DNA of 64,000 nucleotides, from assembly GCA_902578805.1 (NCBI GenBank), contig CACHEH010000005.1, forward strand, positions 5,500 through 69,499, in the 5' to 3' direction. A model generated the notes under the pieces. That model did not search any database and was not told where the DNA came from. It worked only from the letters and a program-made list of their open reading frames with translations. The translations under genes and the position numbers were made by a program. This document shows positions 48,817-61,666 of this stretch, piece by piece. The first letter of the stretch is position 1. Each line of letters begins with the position of its first letter. The DNA is from an uncultured SAR116 cluster alpha proteobacterium (GTDB lineage: Bacteria > Pseudomonadota > Alphaproteobacteria > Puniceispirillales > Marisalimonadaceae).

Positions 48817-49950
48817 ATGGATTACTCAAAGGGATGTTTTGTTGGGCGAATATGGGACAATTCGAAAAATGGCCCATGTTTAATTAAAATAAAAGATGGA
48901 GATGTGTATGAGATTACATCTAAACAGATCCCTACTGTAAGAGATTTGCTTGAATTAGAAGATATAAAAAAATATTTAAATAACGTTCAAGGTATAAAAT
49001 TAATTCCAGTTGAAGAATTGTTTGAATTAAGCTTTAAAAAAAATTCAGAATATCACCTACTTGCTCCCTGTGATTTTCAAGCAATTAAAGCATGCGGTGT
49101 AACATTTGCTAAATCAATGGTTGAAAGAGTTATTGAAGAAAGAGCAGCAGGTGATCCTAAAAAAGCAGAGAGTCTTAGAAATCATATTGGTGGATTGATT
49201 GGTGACAGTCTGCAAAATATTATTCCTGGGTCAGAAAAAGCTATTGAAGTAAAAAATGCACTTATTAAAGAAGGTTTATGGTCACAATACCTAGAGGTTG
49301 GAATTGGTAAAGATGCTGAAGTTTTTACTAAAGCTCAGACTTTATCATCAGTTGGTTTCGGATCAGAAGTAGGTCTAAATCCTATTTCAAATTGGAATAA
49401 TCCTGAACCAGAAATCGTTTTAGCGGTTAACAGCAAAGGCATAATCAAAGGAGCTACTCTTGGTAACGATGTTAACTTAAGAGATGTTGAAGGGCGCTCG
49501 GCTCTTCTTTTGGGCAAAGCTAAAGACAATAACGCCTCATGTTCAATTGGACCCTTCATAAGAATTTTTGACGATACTTATTCACTAGATGATATGAAAT
49601 CAGCTCATATTACATTAAAAGTTGAAGGTGAAGAAGGATATATATTAAATGGATCAAGCTCTATGTCAGAAATAAGTAGGGATCCAGAAGATTTGGTAAA
49701 TCAAACAATTGGAAGACATCATCAATATCCAGATGGTTTTATGTTATTTTTAGGAACCTTATTTGCCCCAACTGAAGATAGAGACGTCGTAGGTGAGGGA
49801 TTTACTCATAAAATTGGTGATAAGGTAACTATTTCAGAGCCTAATTTGGGCGAATTAGTAAATTATGTGAATTTATCCACAGCTTGTCCACAATGGGAGT
49901 TTGGCATATCTTCAATGATTAAAAATTTAAGTCAAAGAGGTTTGATATAA
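48817..49950 (+). CDS. Fumarylacetoacetate hydrolase family protein (XylX-like 2-keto-3-deoxy-pentonate dehydratase type)
   Basis: QAIKACGVTF, AEVFTKAQ, WNNPEPE, GNDVNLRDVEGRSALLL, HQYPDG. Confidence 0.85.
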   Translation: MDYSKGCFVGRIWDNSKNGPCLIKIKDGDVYEITSKQIPTVRDLLELEDIKKYLNNVQGIKLIPVEELFELSFKKNSEYHLLAPCDFQAIKACGVTFAKSMVERVIEERAAGDPKKAESLRNHIGGLIGDSLQNIIPGSEKAIEVKNALIKEGLWSQYLEVGIGKDAEVFTKAQTLSSVGFGSEVGLNPISNWNNPEPEIVLAVNSKGIIKGATLGNDVNLRDVEGRSALLLGKAKDNNASCSIGPFIRIFDDTYSLDDMKSAHITLKVEGEEGYILNGSSSMSEISRDPEDLVNQTIGRHHQYPDGFMLFLGTLFAPTEDRDVVGEGFTHKIGDKVTISEPNLGELVNYVNLSTACPQWEFGISSMIKNLSQRGLI

Positions 49951-49971
49951 ATTAAATTTAAGGAATTCATC

Positions 49972-51099
49972 ATGAAAGAAGTATTAAAAGGATCCTTAGA
50001 GGGCATAAAAGTAATAGATTTTTCAACTCTCTTACCTGGGCCACTTGCAAGTTTGTTCTTAGCAGAAACAGGAGCAGAGGTAATTAAGATTGAAAAACCT
50101 GATGTTGGTGATGAAATAAGATTGTCTAATCCTCAATGGGGTGAACAAAGTGTATCTTTTTCTTTGCTTAATAGAGGAAAAAAAAGTTTATCACTAGATT
50201 TAAAAGATCCTAAAAATCTTAAAATCTTGACACCAATTTTAAAAGAAGCTGACATAATAATTGAACAATTCAGGCCTGGAGTAATGAAAAGGCTTGGATT
50301 AGATTACGAAAGTATTAAAAAAATTAATCAAGACATAATTTACGTTTCTATCACAGGTTATGGTCAAAATGGACCAAAAAGTATGGTTGCTGGCCACGAT
50401 CTAAACTATATTGGTAATGCAGGTCTTTTAAGTATAAGCATGGGTCGAGAAAATGATACCGTTGTTCCGCCAGCACTTGTAGCAGATATAGCGGGTGGAT
50501 CTTATCCGGCTGTAATTAATATCTTATTAGCATTAAGAAAAAGGGACTTAAATAAAGAAGGCTCATATATAGATCTATCTATGACAGAAAATCTTTTTCC
50601 TTTTATGTTTTGGGGTTTAGGTTCTGGGTTTGCCCATAACAAATGGCCAGGTAATAGTGATGGAGTTTTATCAGGAGGTTCTCCTAGATATAATATCTAC
50701 AAAACAAGTGATGGAAGTTATGTAGCTGCAGCGCCTTTAGAGGATAGATTTTGGAATAAGTTTTGTGAGGCAATAGAACTCCCAAAAAAATTTATTAAAA
50801 TGCAAAATGATCAAGAAAAGGTCATTCAAGAAATTAGAAAAATTATTGGACAAAAAGAAAAAAATTACTGGCTTGATGTATTTAACAAAGCAGATTGTTG
50901 CTGCTCAATTGTTAAATCAATTGAAGAAGCAATCAATGATAACCACTTCAAAGTTAGAAAGATTTTTGAAAATAAAATCATAAATAATTTAGGTGAAGAA
51001 ATTCCTGCTCTTCCTATACCTGTAGATATGCAATTTAGAAAAGACCAAAAAAGAGCTTCTGCTCCAAGTCTTGGAGATATTAATGATCAATTTTTCTAA
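49972..51099 (+). CDS. Class III CoA-transferase / alpha-methylacyl-CoA racemase family
   Basis: LLPGP, LNRGKKS, EQFRPGVM, AGHDLNY, ADIAGG. Confidence 0.9.
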   Translation: MKEVLKGSLEGIKVIDFSTLLPGPLASLFLAETGAEVIKIEKPDVGDEIRLSNPQWGEQSVSFSLLNRGKKSLSLDLKDPKNLKILTPILKEADIIIEQFRPGVMKRLGLDYESIKKINQDIIYVSITGYGQNGPKSMVAGHDLNYIGNAGLLSISMGRENDTVVPPALVADIAGGSYPAVINILLALRKRDLNKEGSYIDLSMTENLFPFMFWGLGSGFAHNKWPGNSDGVLSGGSPRYNIYKTSDGSYVAAAPLEDRFWNKFCEAIELPKKFIKMQNDQEKVIQEIRKIIGQKEKNYWLDVFNKADCCCSIVKSIEEAINDNHFKVRKIFENKIINNLGEEIPALPIPVDMQFRKDQKRASAPSLGDINDQFF

Positions 51100-51187
51100 T
51101 TAAAAAATCATTAACTTGACGTTATTAATACATGTTGTCAAAATAGTTAAATAGCGAGTTGTAAGTTTTAGCTCTCGGAGATTTATA

Positions 51188-52501
51188 ATGAAAAGATTAA
51201 ATAATTTAGAATCTTACTGGATGCCATTTACGGCTAATAGGGATTTCAAGAAAGATCCCAGAATGGTTGTTGCAGCTGATGGTATGTATTACAAAAGTGA
51301 AACTGGGCAAGATATTTTAGATAGTGCAGCCGGATTATGGTGTGTTAATGCAGGACATAATAGACCAGAAATAACATCTGCTATTTCTGAGCAAGCAGCA
51401 ACTTTGGATTTTGCTCCAAGTTTTCAATATGGTCATCCAAAATCTTTTGAACTTGCAAGTCGTGTTGCTGATATATTTCCAAAAGGTTTAGACCATGTTT
51501 TTTTTACAAATTCTGGATCTGAAGCTGTTGATAGTACTCTTAAAATAGCTTTAGCTTATCATCGTGCTAGAGGTAAAGGAACTAAGACAAGATTAATTGG
51601 TCGTGAAAGAGGCTACCATGGTGTCGGATTTGGTGGAATTTCAGTTGGTGGAATGCCAAGAAACAGACAATATTTTGGATCATTGCTAACGGGCGTAGAT
51701 CATATATCCCATACATTTCTTCCAGAAAAGAATAGATTTTCTAAAGGTTCACCTGAACATGGTGACTATTTGGCAGATACATTAGAAGACATTATTGCAC
51801 TTCATGATGCATCCAATATTGCTTCTGTGATTGTAGAGCCTGTAGCAGGTTCTACTGGGGTTTTACCGCCCCCAAAAAATTATTTAAAAAGACTAAGAGA
51901 AATATGTGATAAACACGACATTTTATTAATTTTTGATGAAGTTATAACTGGTTTTGGGCGGCTTGGAAAAGCAACAGCTTCTGAGTATTTTGGAGTTACT
52001 CCTGATATTATTTCGTGTGCGAAGGCAATCACTAATGGAATTATTCCTATGGGTGCTGCTGTAGTGTCTAAGGAGATATATGATACCATGATGGATGAAG
52101 CAGATATGCCCATAGAACTTTTTCATGGATATACATATTCAGGACATCCTATTGCATCTGCCGCTGGTCTTGCTGCACTAGATATTTACAGAGATGAGGA
52201 CTTGTTCAATAAGGCTGGTAAAACAGCTAAATATTTAGAGAATATCGTTCACCAGCTTAAAAATGACAAAAATGTAATTGATATAAGAAACTTAGGTTTA
52301 GTAGCTGCAATAGAAGTTGCTCCAAGGTCAGGAGCTGTAGGCGCTAGAGGATATGAAGCTATGAAAAAAGCTTGGCATAAGGGTTTAATGCTAAGAGTGA
52401 CAGGAGATACACTTGCATTTTCTCCACCTTTAATTGCAGAAAATCATGATATAGACAAAATTTTTGAAATTGTTCAATCTGTTTTAAAAGAATTAGACTA
52501 A
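51188..52501 (+). CDS. Omega-amino acid:pyruvate aminotransferase (class III, beta-alanine type)
   Basis: YWMPFTANR, GLWCVNAGH, ERGYHG, FDEVITGFGR, AKAITNG, HGYTYSGHP. Confidence 0.92.
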   Translation: MKRLNNLESYWMPFTANRDFKKDPRMVVAADGMYYKSETGQDILDSAAGLWCVNAGHNRPEITSAISEQAATLDFAPSFQYGHPKSFELASRVADIFPKGLDHVFFTNSGSEAVDSTLKIALAYHRARGKGTKTRLIGRERGYHGVGFGGISVGGMPRNRQYFGSLLTGVDHISHTFLPEKNRFSKGSPEHGDYLADTLEDIIALHDASNIASVIVEPVAGSTGVLPPPKNYLKRLREICDKHDILLIFDEVITGFGRLGKATASEYFGVTPDIISCAKAITNGIIPMGAAVVSKEIYDTMMDEADMPIELFHGYTYSGHPIASAAGLAALDIYRDEDLFNKAGKTAKYLENIVHQLKNDKNVIDIRNLGLVAAIEVAPRSGAVGARGYEAMKKAWHKGLMLRVTGDTLAFSPPLIAENHDIDKIFEIVQSVLKELD

Positions 52502-53386
52502 ATTTTTCATGCTATTAATTGGCACCTTGATAAAGACATCTCCACTGTCCTCTGCGGGCGGCAGATTACCAGCTCTCATATTTACTTGAATTGATGGTAT
52601 TATGAGTTTAGGCATGTTTAACGTTTTGTCTCTTGCCTCTCTTACTTTAACAAACTCATCTTCTCCAATTGAAGTCTTTACATGAATATTCTTTTTTTTC
52701 TGCTCACCCACCGTTGTAACCCACTCAACTTTTCGTGAAGTCGGTGGATAATCATGGCAAACAAAAATTAAGGTATCGTCTGGATAGCTCAATATTTTTT
52801 GAATTGATCTATAAAGTTCACGAGCGTCCCCACCAGGAAAATCAGCTCTGGCACTACCAAGATCTGGCATAAATAAGGTGTCTCCCACAAAAATAGAATT
52901 TCCAATCACATGTGCGGTACAAGCTGGTGTATGGCCTGGAGTATTGATTACTTTACATTTTATACTTCCAATTTTGTATTCATCATTATCTTTAAATAAT
53001 CTATCAAACTGACTACCATCCCTTTGAAATTCAGTCCCAGCATTAAATGTTTTACCAAAAATATTTTGTATATCAGAGATTTTTTCAGATATACCAATTT
53101 TCCCACCTAGTTTTTTCTGGATATAGGGAGATGCAGACAAGTGATCTGCGTGAACGTGTGTTTCGATAAGCCACTCAAGATCTAATTTCATCTTTTCAAT
53201 AAAAGAAATAATTTTTTCTGCATTATGATAATCTATTGTACCTGATGAAAAATCAAAATCTAAAACACTATCTATTACGGCGCATTTTTTTGAGGTCATG
53301 TCATAAACGACATAACTGATAGTGGATGTTTCCTCGTCAAAAAAACCTTTAATTTTGAAATTTTTATCTAATCTTGTCTCAATCAT
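52493..53386 (-). CDS. Persulfide dioxygenase-like MBL-fold hydrolase (ETHE1/SdoA/Blh)
   Basis: ETHVHADH, TPGHTPAC, GDTLFMPD-x-G-x-ARADFPGG, CHDY, QVNMRAG. Confidence 0.9.
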   Translation of the reverse strand: MIETRLDKNFKIKGFFDEETSTISYVVYDMTSKKCAVIDSVLDFDFSSGTIDYHNAEKIISFIEKMKLDLEWLIETHVHADHLSASPYIQKKLGGKIGISEKISDIQNIFGKTFNAGTEFQRDGSQFDRLFKDNDEYKIGSIKCKVINTPGHTPACTAHVIGNSIFVGDTLFMPDLGSARADFPGGDARELYRSIQKILSYPDDTLIFVCHDYPPTSRKVEWVTTVGEQKKKNIHVKTSIGEDEFVKVREARDKTLNMPKLIIPSIQVNMRAGNLPPAEDSGDVFIKVPINSMKNLV

Positions 53387-53395
53387 TTTTAAACC

Positions 53396-54817
53396 TTAAA
53401 CTATTTGTGGAACTGGTCTTTTAGTAGCTTCATTTTTAATTAAAATTGACTCCAAACTTTTTGCAATTTCAGATAAATCTATATCGTTTCCAGCTGGCGC
53501 AATTAATTGAATTCCAAAGGGCATTTTTTGATGATCTAATCCACATGGCAATGCCCAAACACAAGGGATTGCCATTGTGGTTGCATAGCTAAGTGATAAC
53601 CACCTCATATAGGTTGGCATTTTCTCTCCATTAATTTCATCAACAAATAATTGTTCATGCGGATATGGAGAAACTGATGCAGCAGGACAAATCAGAACAT
53701 CATATTCATTAAAAAAATTACGAAAGTTTCTGTAAATTTTTGTTTGCATTACATGAGCCCATGATACATCTGAAAGAGAGTACTTTAATCCTCTTTCAAC
53801 ATTATCAATTACATTTGGCCCCAACAAATCTTTTGAATTATCAAATCTTTCTTTATGTGATGCAACATAGTTAAATCCTCGTATGATTTCAAAGCAATTA
53901 TGCACATCTAAAAAATCTGGTTCAGCTTGCTCTGACTTTCGAAAATTACTTTTAAAAGTACTTACCTTATCAAGAAAAATTGATTTAATTTCACTGTCTA
54001 CTGGAGCACATCCAAGATCAGCCGAGTATGCCATTTTTATATTTGATAGGTCTGCCCCAATCAATTCTTGAGGCATTGAAATACTGTCAAAACTTGAGAA
54101 CGGATCCATTCTATTTAAATTTGCTTGAGCTTGTAATAGTAAATAAGTGTCCAACACACTTCTGCCCATTGGGCCTTGAACTGAAAAAGGGTTCAAACCT
54201 ACAGCAGCTTCGGTTGCAGGTACCAAACCTGGAGAAGGTCTAAAACCATTTACGCCACAAAAGCCAGCAGGCGTCCTAAGACTTCCTCCATAATCACTTC
54301 CATTAGCCAATGGCATCATGTTACAGGCTAAAGCTGCAGCACTTCCACCAGAAGAGCCTGCAGGAGTTTTTGTTATATCAAATGGATTAGAAGTAGCTCC
54401 ATAAACAAAATTTTTTGTATTACCACCTGCACCAAATTCAGGTGTGTTCGTTTTACAAAAAATTATTGCCCCTTCTCTTCTTATATCTTCTACAATAGTG
54501 TCGTCACTCTCAGGAATTCTATTTTCATAGATTTTAGACCCAGATGTTGAACGAAGATTTTTAACAATATTTAAATCTTTTATGCCAACGGGTAAACCAT
54601 GAAGTAAACCAAGTTCTGATCCTGTCATTATTTCATCTTCAGCTTTTTTTGCCTGTTTTAGAACATCTGCCTTATCGATTGCTACAACTGCATTTATAGA
54701 AGGATTTAATTTCTCTATTTGTTCAATACAACTTTTTGTTAGCTCTAATGGCGAAAGTTTTTTATTTCCAATTAACTTTCTTGCATCGACAGCATCCAGA
54801 TCACATGGCCTTGTCAT
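53396..54817 (-). CDS. Amidase signature family enzyme
   Basis: GIKDL, KTNTPEFG, GSSGGSAAALA, GSDYGGSLRTPA; start set at ATG 54817 with GGGAG RBS. Confidence 0.9.
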   Translation of the reverse strand: MTRPCDLDAVDARKLIGNKKLSPLELTKSCIEQIEKLNPSINAVVAIDKADVLKQAKKAEDEIMTGSELGLLHGLPVGIKDLNIVKNLRSTSGSKIYENRIPESDDTIVEDIRREGAIIFCKTNTPEFGAGGNTKNFVYGATSNPFDITKTPAGSSGGSAAALACNMMPLANGSDYGGSLRTPAGFCGVNGFRPSPGLVPATEAAVGLNPFSVQGPMGRSVLDTYLLLQAQANLNRMDPFSSFDSISMPQELIGADLSNIKMAYSADLGCAPVDSEIKSIFLDKVSTFKSNFRKSEQAEPDFLDVHNCFEIIRGFNYVASHKERFDNSKDLLGPNVIDNVERGLKYSLSDVSWAHVMQTKIYRNFRNFFNEYDVLICPAASVSPYPHEQLFVDEINGEKMPTYMRWLSLSYATTMAIPCVWALPCGLDHQKMPFGIQLIAPAGNDIDLSEIAKSLESILIKNEATKRPVPQIV

Positions 54818-54914
54818 ATTTACTCCCTTTGATATGGTGAAGATCACATTTTATTTGACATACGTAAAGCATGAATGAACAAAATAACATAATATCACAA
54901 TAAATTAATTGTTT

Positions 54915-54933
54915 ATTGAGAATTATTATCAAT
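54915..54933. promoter_or_regulatory. Fur-box-like palindrome upstream of irr
   Basis: ATTGAGAAT-T-ATTATCAAT, one mismatch to the 7-1-7 TGATAAT-N-ATTATCA motif. Confidence 0.7.
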
Positions 54934-54951
54934 TAGTGTACTGTTATAAGA

Positions 54952-55350
54952 ATGAATAACAAAGAAAAATTAAGAAATGCTGGGCTAAGGCCTACAAAAC
55001 AAAGAATGATAATTGCAAACATTCTTTTAAATGGTGTTAATCGACATTTTACTGCTGAAAATTTACAAAATGAAATTAATTCTTCAGGAAACTCAATGTC
55101 GATCGCTACTATCTACAATTGTCTCAAAAAATTTAGAAACTGTGGACTTATTAAACAAGTAGAGTCTTCGAAAGAAACTGCTATTTTTGATACTAATATA
55201 AATCAACACCATCATTTTCTAGACGAAGAGACTGGTGAATTAATTGATATTGAAAATGAAGAAATAAACTTATTTAAGCTTCCAGAAATTCCTAAAGGTT
55301 ATATGAACAGCGGTGTCGAAGTTTTAATTAAGTTAAAGAGACAAATATAA
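54952..55350 (+). CDS. irr: Iron response regulator Irr (Fur family)
   Basis: LRNAGLRPTKQR, RHFTAE, ATIYNCL, FDTN-x-x-x-HHHF, GELIDI. Confidence 0.88.
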   Translation: MNNKEKLRNAGLRPTKQRMIIANILLNGVNRHFTAENLQNEINSSGNSMSIATIYNCLKKFRNCGLIKQVESSKETAIFDTNINQHHHFLDEETGELIDIENEEINLFKLPEIPKGYMNSGVEVLIKLKRQI

Positions 55351-55361
55351 AGTTTTTTTAC

Positions 55362-55378
55362 TTTAAAATCGTTCTAAA
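55362..55378. promoter_or_regulatory. Irr binding site (iron control element) upstream of katG
   Basis: TTTAAAA-TCG-TTCTAAA, one mismatch to TTTAGAA-N3-TTCTAAA. Confidence 0.72.
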
Positions 55379-55382
55379 CTAC

Positions 55383-55411
55383 TTGACATAAACTCTTAGT
55401 CTCAATATTTT
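55383..55411 (+). promoter_or_regulatory. Sigma70-type promoter of katG
   Basis: TTGACA-N17-TATTTT. Confidence 0.6.
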
Positions 55412-55419
55412 TAACATAA

Positions 55420-57588
<2,169 letters not shown>

Positions 57589-57613
57589 TAAGATAGACAA
57601 TAATTTTTTGAAT

Positions 57614-57647
57614 AAGGCGATTTAATTTTGTTAAATCGCCTTTTTTT
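57614..57647 (+). terminator. Intrinsic terminator between convergent katG and xerC
   Basis: AAGGCGATTTAA-TTTTG-TTAAATCGCCTT stem followed by T run. Confidence 0.85.
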
Positions 57648-58563
57648 ATGAGCGTGGATGTATCGCTTTATGTAATCTCAAAAGTTCTGTTTCGTTCATA
57701 TCGGTATATCTTTGAGTGGTTGAAAGGCTGGAGTGGCCGAGTAATTGCTGTATAGCCCTTAAATCTGCTCCACCAGATAATAGATGAGTGGCAAATGCAT
57801 GTCGTAAAGCATGAGGAGTAGTATGGGATGGTAAGCCCAATTCATACCTCAGATTTTCTACTCTTCTTTGAATAATTCTTGGAGATAATTTTCCACCTCT
57901 TTTCCCCAAAAAAAGTGGTTCATCATCCTTATTATCAAATGGACAGTGATCTATATATTCCTTAACCCCATCACAAATAATTGGTAAAAGGGGGACATCT
58001 CGATATTTATTACCTTTACCTTTTACTCTTAACCACTCCCCATTGGGTGCATCTTTTCTTTTTAAAGATAATGCCTCACTTATTCTTAAACCTGAGCCAT
58101 ACAATAGAAGTAAAACAGCCCTGTCACGGAGATTAATCCAGTAGTCAGATTCATTATTCATAATTGATTCTAAGGCCTGTACTACTAGATTTGACTCTAT
58201 GGACTTTGGAAATGATCTTTTAAGTTTTGGACTTTTAAAGATAGACATATCGAGTGAAGAAATAATTTTGTCTCTTATAAGGAATTTGTAAAAATTTTTT
58301 AAACTTGATACTTTTCTAGCTACTGTTGGCCTAGACAATTGTCTTTCAGATAAAACTGACAAAAATTCTCTAAAAATATATTTATCTGGAGATAAAAATG
58401 CATAATTTTTTTCAGTACAAAAATTTGAAAATTCTAATACGTCTCTTTTGTATGCGTTTAAAGTATGTTCCCCATAACCACGGATTGTTTCTAGATATTT
58501 TATCCAGGACAAAATTGTATTATTATTATTTATAGAAATACTATGTTTGTTCAATTCTTCCAC
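57646..58563 (-). CDS. xerC: Tyrosine recombinase XerC
   Basis: LLYGSGLRISEAL, GKGNK, TPHALRHAFATHLL, LLGHSSLSTTQRY; start set at GTG 58563 (ORF track gives 58599, overlapping tal). Confidence 0.9.
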   Translation of the reverse strand: MEELNKHSISINNNNTILSWIKYLETIRGYGEHTLNAYKRDVLEFSNFCTEKNYAFLSPDKYIFREFLSVLSERQLSRPTVARKVSSLKNFYKFLIRDKIISSLDMSIFKSPKLKRSFPKSIESNLVVQALESIMNNESDYWINLRDRAVLLLLYGSGLRISEALSLKRKDAPNGEWLRVKGKGNKYRDVPLLPIICDGVKEYIDHCPFDNKDDEPLFLGKRGGKLSPRIIQRRVENLRYELGLPSHTTPHALRHAFATHLLSGGADLRAIQQLLGHSSLSTTQRYTDMNETELLRLHKAIHPRS

Positions 58564-58568
58564 ATATA

Positions 58569-59225
58569 TTACAAAATTGATTGTCCTGTTTTTTTCCAAT
58601 CGGATAGAAAATCCGATAGACCTTTGTCAGTTAGAGGATGGTTATACATAGATTTTAAAAATTTTGGTGGCACTGTAGCAACATTTGCACCTAATTTAGC
58701 AGAATCTATAATGTCTTGAACACTTCTTATTGAGGCAGCAAGAACTTTCGTATCAAATCCATGAATGTCGTAGATCTCGGTAATTTCAGAGATTAAATTC
58801 ATACCATCAGCACCAATGTCATCTAATCTTCCTATAAAAGGTGATATAAAAGTTGCACCTGCTTTTGCAGCTAATAGGGCTTGAGCCGCACTAAAACATA
58901 AGGTGACATTAACCATAATACCTTCGTCAGAAAATGCTTTGCACGCTCTTAAGCCGTCAAATGTTATAGGAACTTTAATTGCAACATTTTGAGCTATTGA
59001 AGAAAGTTTTTTACCTTCTAGTATCATATTATCAAAATCTGTTGCGGTGACTTCTGCACTCACTGGTCCTGACACTACGTTACAAATTTCTTCAATAGTA
59101 CTAATTATATTTCTTCCAGACTTAGCTATTAAAGACGGATTAGTAGTAACACCATCAATTAACCCAGTAATATTTAACGATCTAATTTCCTCAATTTCAG
59201 CAGTGTCTATAAATAATTGCATCAC
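58569..59225 (-). CDS. tal: Transaldolase / fructose-6-phosphate aldolase family
   Basis: [38 protein letters not shown]. Confidence 0.93.
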   Translation of the reverse strand: MMQLFIDTAEIEEIRSLNITGLIDGVTTNPSLIAKSGRNIISTIEEICNVVSGPVSAEVTATDFDNMILEGKKLSSIAQNVAIKVPITFDGLRACKAFSDEGIMVNVTLCFSAAQALLAAKAGATFISPFIGRLDDIGADGMNLISEITEIYDIHGFDTKVLAASIRSVQDIIDSAKLGANVATVPPKFLKSMYNHPLTDKGLSDFLSDWKKTGQSIL

Positions 59226-59337
59226 TTATCCTTTTAACTTTTTTGAAGTTTAAACATTTCATTAATCATAATTTATAATACACTATTTAAAAATTATAAC
59301 TATATTTAGCTTTAAACTTATTTCATAAAGATAGTAA

Positions 59338-61572
59338 ATGAAAAATGTAAACTCAAAAGAAGTGTCTGTCTTAGTTAGTGGGCCTTTCAACGAACCATTT
59401 GACTACGTGTTAAAGGATAAAAATACCAATTTAAGTATTGGTCAAATCGTTTTAGTTCCTTTTGGAAAAAGAAAAATAGTAGGTATAATAATTGGTGACG
59501 GGACAAAAACCATACCTGAAACAAAATTAAAAACAGTTCTTCAAGTTTATGATTTTGAACCAATACCAAAACCTTCAATTGAATTAATGAATTTTTTATC
59601 AAGTTGGTATTGTGTCTTTAAAGGTTTGGTTTTGAAAATGATATTATCTCCAATAGAAGCTATTACTTCTCCAGATTGCGAAAAAGTTTATAAAAGTAAT
59701 TTTCTATATGAAAATGAAATAAACGAAATTAAAGAGATTAAAATTACCCATAAACGTAAGTTGGTTTTAGATTTTCTATTAAATTTAGGTATAGAAAAAT
59801 CACAAGATGATATTATTGAACAAACAGGCGTTTCAAAAGCAATTTTGAGAGACATGGTCCAAAAAAAGCTTATACAAGAAAAGAAAGTCCACAAAACACC
59901 AAATTTAGATTCTCATTTTTTTAAATACTCTAGAGAAAATAAAAAAAATTATGATTTTTTAAATTTAGAACAAAAATTTGCAGTAGACACAATTAATGAT
60001 TCAATTATTAAGACAAAATCAGATTGTTTCTTGCTTGATGGGGTGCCAGGTTCTGGTAAAACTGAAACTTACTTCGAAACTGTTAGGACATGTTTAGATC
60101 AAGGTAAGCAAGCATTAATTTTACTCCCAGAAATAGTTTTGACGCCGGATTGGGAAAAAAGATTTTTGAAAAAATTTTCTTTTGCTCCATTAGTTTGGAA
60201 TTCCGAAATAAAAAAGAAAAAAAAGAAAAAAATTTGGTTGTCTGCATTAAACGGCACAGCTGGAGTTATTGTAGGAGCAAGATCAGCGCTGATGATTCCT
60301 ATTTCAAATTTAGGTTTAATTATCGTTGATGAAGAACATGAGCAAGCTTTTAAACAAGAAGAAAATGTTAGGTATAATGCTAGAGATATGGCTATCTACA
60401 GGTCTTCAAGATCTTCAGCTCCAATAGTTTTAGCCTCTGCAACACCATCATTAGAAACATTTCAGAATGCAAAAAGTGGTAAATATATTCATTTAATTTT
60501 GCCAAAAAGAGCAACGGGGGCAACTTTACCTAACATTAAACTAATTAATTTAACTTCTCACCCACCAGGTAAAGGAAAATGGCTCTCTCCCTTACTTTTA
60601 GGTGAAATAGAAAGTAAACTAAATAATAAAGAACAAAGTTTATTATTTTTAAACAGAAGGGGTTATGCGCCCTTATCAATTTGCAATTCATGTGGCGATA
60701 AAATTAAGTGTATTAATTGTGATGCCTGGTTAGTTGAGCACAGATCTAAAAATATATTAATTTGTCATCATTGCGGATATTCAAGAGCATTTGAAAATGT
60801 TTGTAAGAAATGTGGTGTTGAAGGTCAAATTAAAGCTTGTGGTCCTGGAGTTGAGCGTATCGAAGAAGAAATTAAAGAAACTTTTCCTACGGCAAGATTA
60901 ATAGTTTTATCGAGTGATACTATGAATAATCATAAAATACTTAATCAAACTGTTGAAAAAATAAAAAATAACAAAGTTGATATTGTTATAGGAACACAAA
61001 TGATTGCCAAAGGCCATGATTTTCCAAATTTAAAATTGGTTGGTATTGTTGACAGTGATGTTGGATTATCTGGCGGTGATTTAAGAGCATCAGAGAGAAC
61101 TTTTCAGGTTTTACAGCAGGTATCTGGAAGATCAGGTAGACATTCAAAAAAAGAAGAAGATAAAGGTGTTGTTCTAATTCAGACTTATGATAGTAAAAAT
61201 CCAATTATTAATGCTATTGCCAAGAATAATCGAAATGAATTTTTTGACAAAGAGTTAATATCAAGACAACACGCTAATATGCCCCCTTATGGTAGGTTGG
61301 CATCTATAATATTGTCATCGAGATTAGAGAGAAAATTAGAGATTTTTTCGTCAGAATTGTTGAAATTAGCCCCAATTTTTAAAAATGTTAAGATTCTTGG
61401 ACCTGCCCCTGCACCCATATATTTTTTGAGAGGGAGATTTAGAAGAAGATTTTTAATAAAATCTGATAAAAATGTGAATATTCAGGATGTAATTCTGAAT
61501 TGGACAAGAAAAATCAATATACCAAACCATATTAAATTAACAATAGATATTGACCCATTTTCTTTTATGTAA
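59338..61572 (+). CDS. priA: Primosomal protein N'
   Basis: DGVPGSGKTE, VDEEHE, SATPSLE, four CxxC pairs, GTQMIAKGHDFP, IDIDP. Confidence 0.96.
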   Translation: MKNVNSKEVSVLVSGPFNEPFDYVLKDKNTNLSIGQIVLVPFGKRKIVGIIIGDGTKTIPETKLKTVLQVYDFEPIPKPSIELMNFLSSWYCVFKGLVLKMILSPIEAITSPDCEKVYKSNFLYENEINEIKEIKITHKRKLVLDFLLNLGIEKSQDDIIEQTGVSKAILRDMVQKKLIQEKKVHKTPNLDSHFFKYSRENKKNYDFLNLEQKFAVDTINDSIIKTKSDCFLLDGVPGSGKTETYFETVRTCLDQGKQALILLPEIVLTPDWEKRFLKKFSFAPLVWNSEIKKKKKKKIWLSALNGTAGVIVGARSALMIPISNLGLIIVDEEHEQAFKQEENVRYNARDMAIYRSSRSSAPIVLASATPSLETFQNAKSGKYIHLILPKRATGATLPNIKLINLTSHPPGKGKWLSPLLLGEIESKLNNKEQSLLFLNRRGYAPLSICNSCGDKIKCINCDAWLVEHRSKNILICHHCGYSRAFENVCKKCGVEGQIKACGPGVERIEEEIKETFPTARLIVLSSDTMNNHKILNQTVEKIKNNKVDIVIGTQMIAKGHDFPNLKLVGIVDSDVGLSGGDLRASERTFQVLQQVSGRSGRHSKKEEDKGVVLIQTYDSKNPIINAIAKNNRNEFFDKELISRQHANMPPYGRLASIILSSRLERKLEIFSSELLKLAPIFKNVKILGPAPAPIYFLRGRFRRRFLIKSDKNVNIQDVILNWTRKINIPNHIKLTIDIDPFSFM

Positions 61573-61666
61573 AATTAATTCATTTTGACGCCCTTGTTAC
61601 TTGCAATGATATGAATGCTGTGGTAGCAATCCTTATTATTTTATTTACTTAAAAGGAAGTATTAAG

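Noticed and set aside
51116-51141. TTGAC-N16-GTCAA inverted repeat upstream of the aminotransferase
   Set aside because: Only 5-bp arms and overlaps a likely -35 element; not distinguishable from chance
52493-53386. MBL-fold hydrolase as the missing PhnP
   Set aside because: Motifs match persulfide dioxygenases, and it lies 14 kb from the phn cluster
57646-58599. Tyrosine recombinase as a mobile-element integrase
   Set aside because: XerC-type motifs and housekeeping context (tal, priA, atp); no att repeats, tRNA or cargo seen
60205-60235. A-rich tract encoding poly-Lys in priA as a slippage or phase-variation site
   Set aside because: Tract is interrupted by G, frame stays intact and the gene is a conserved core gene; consistent with AT bias
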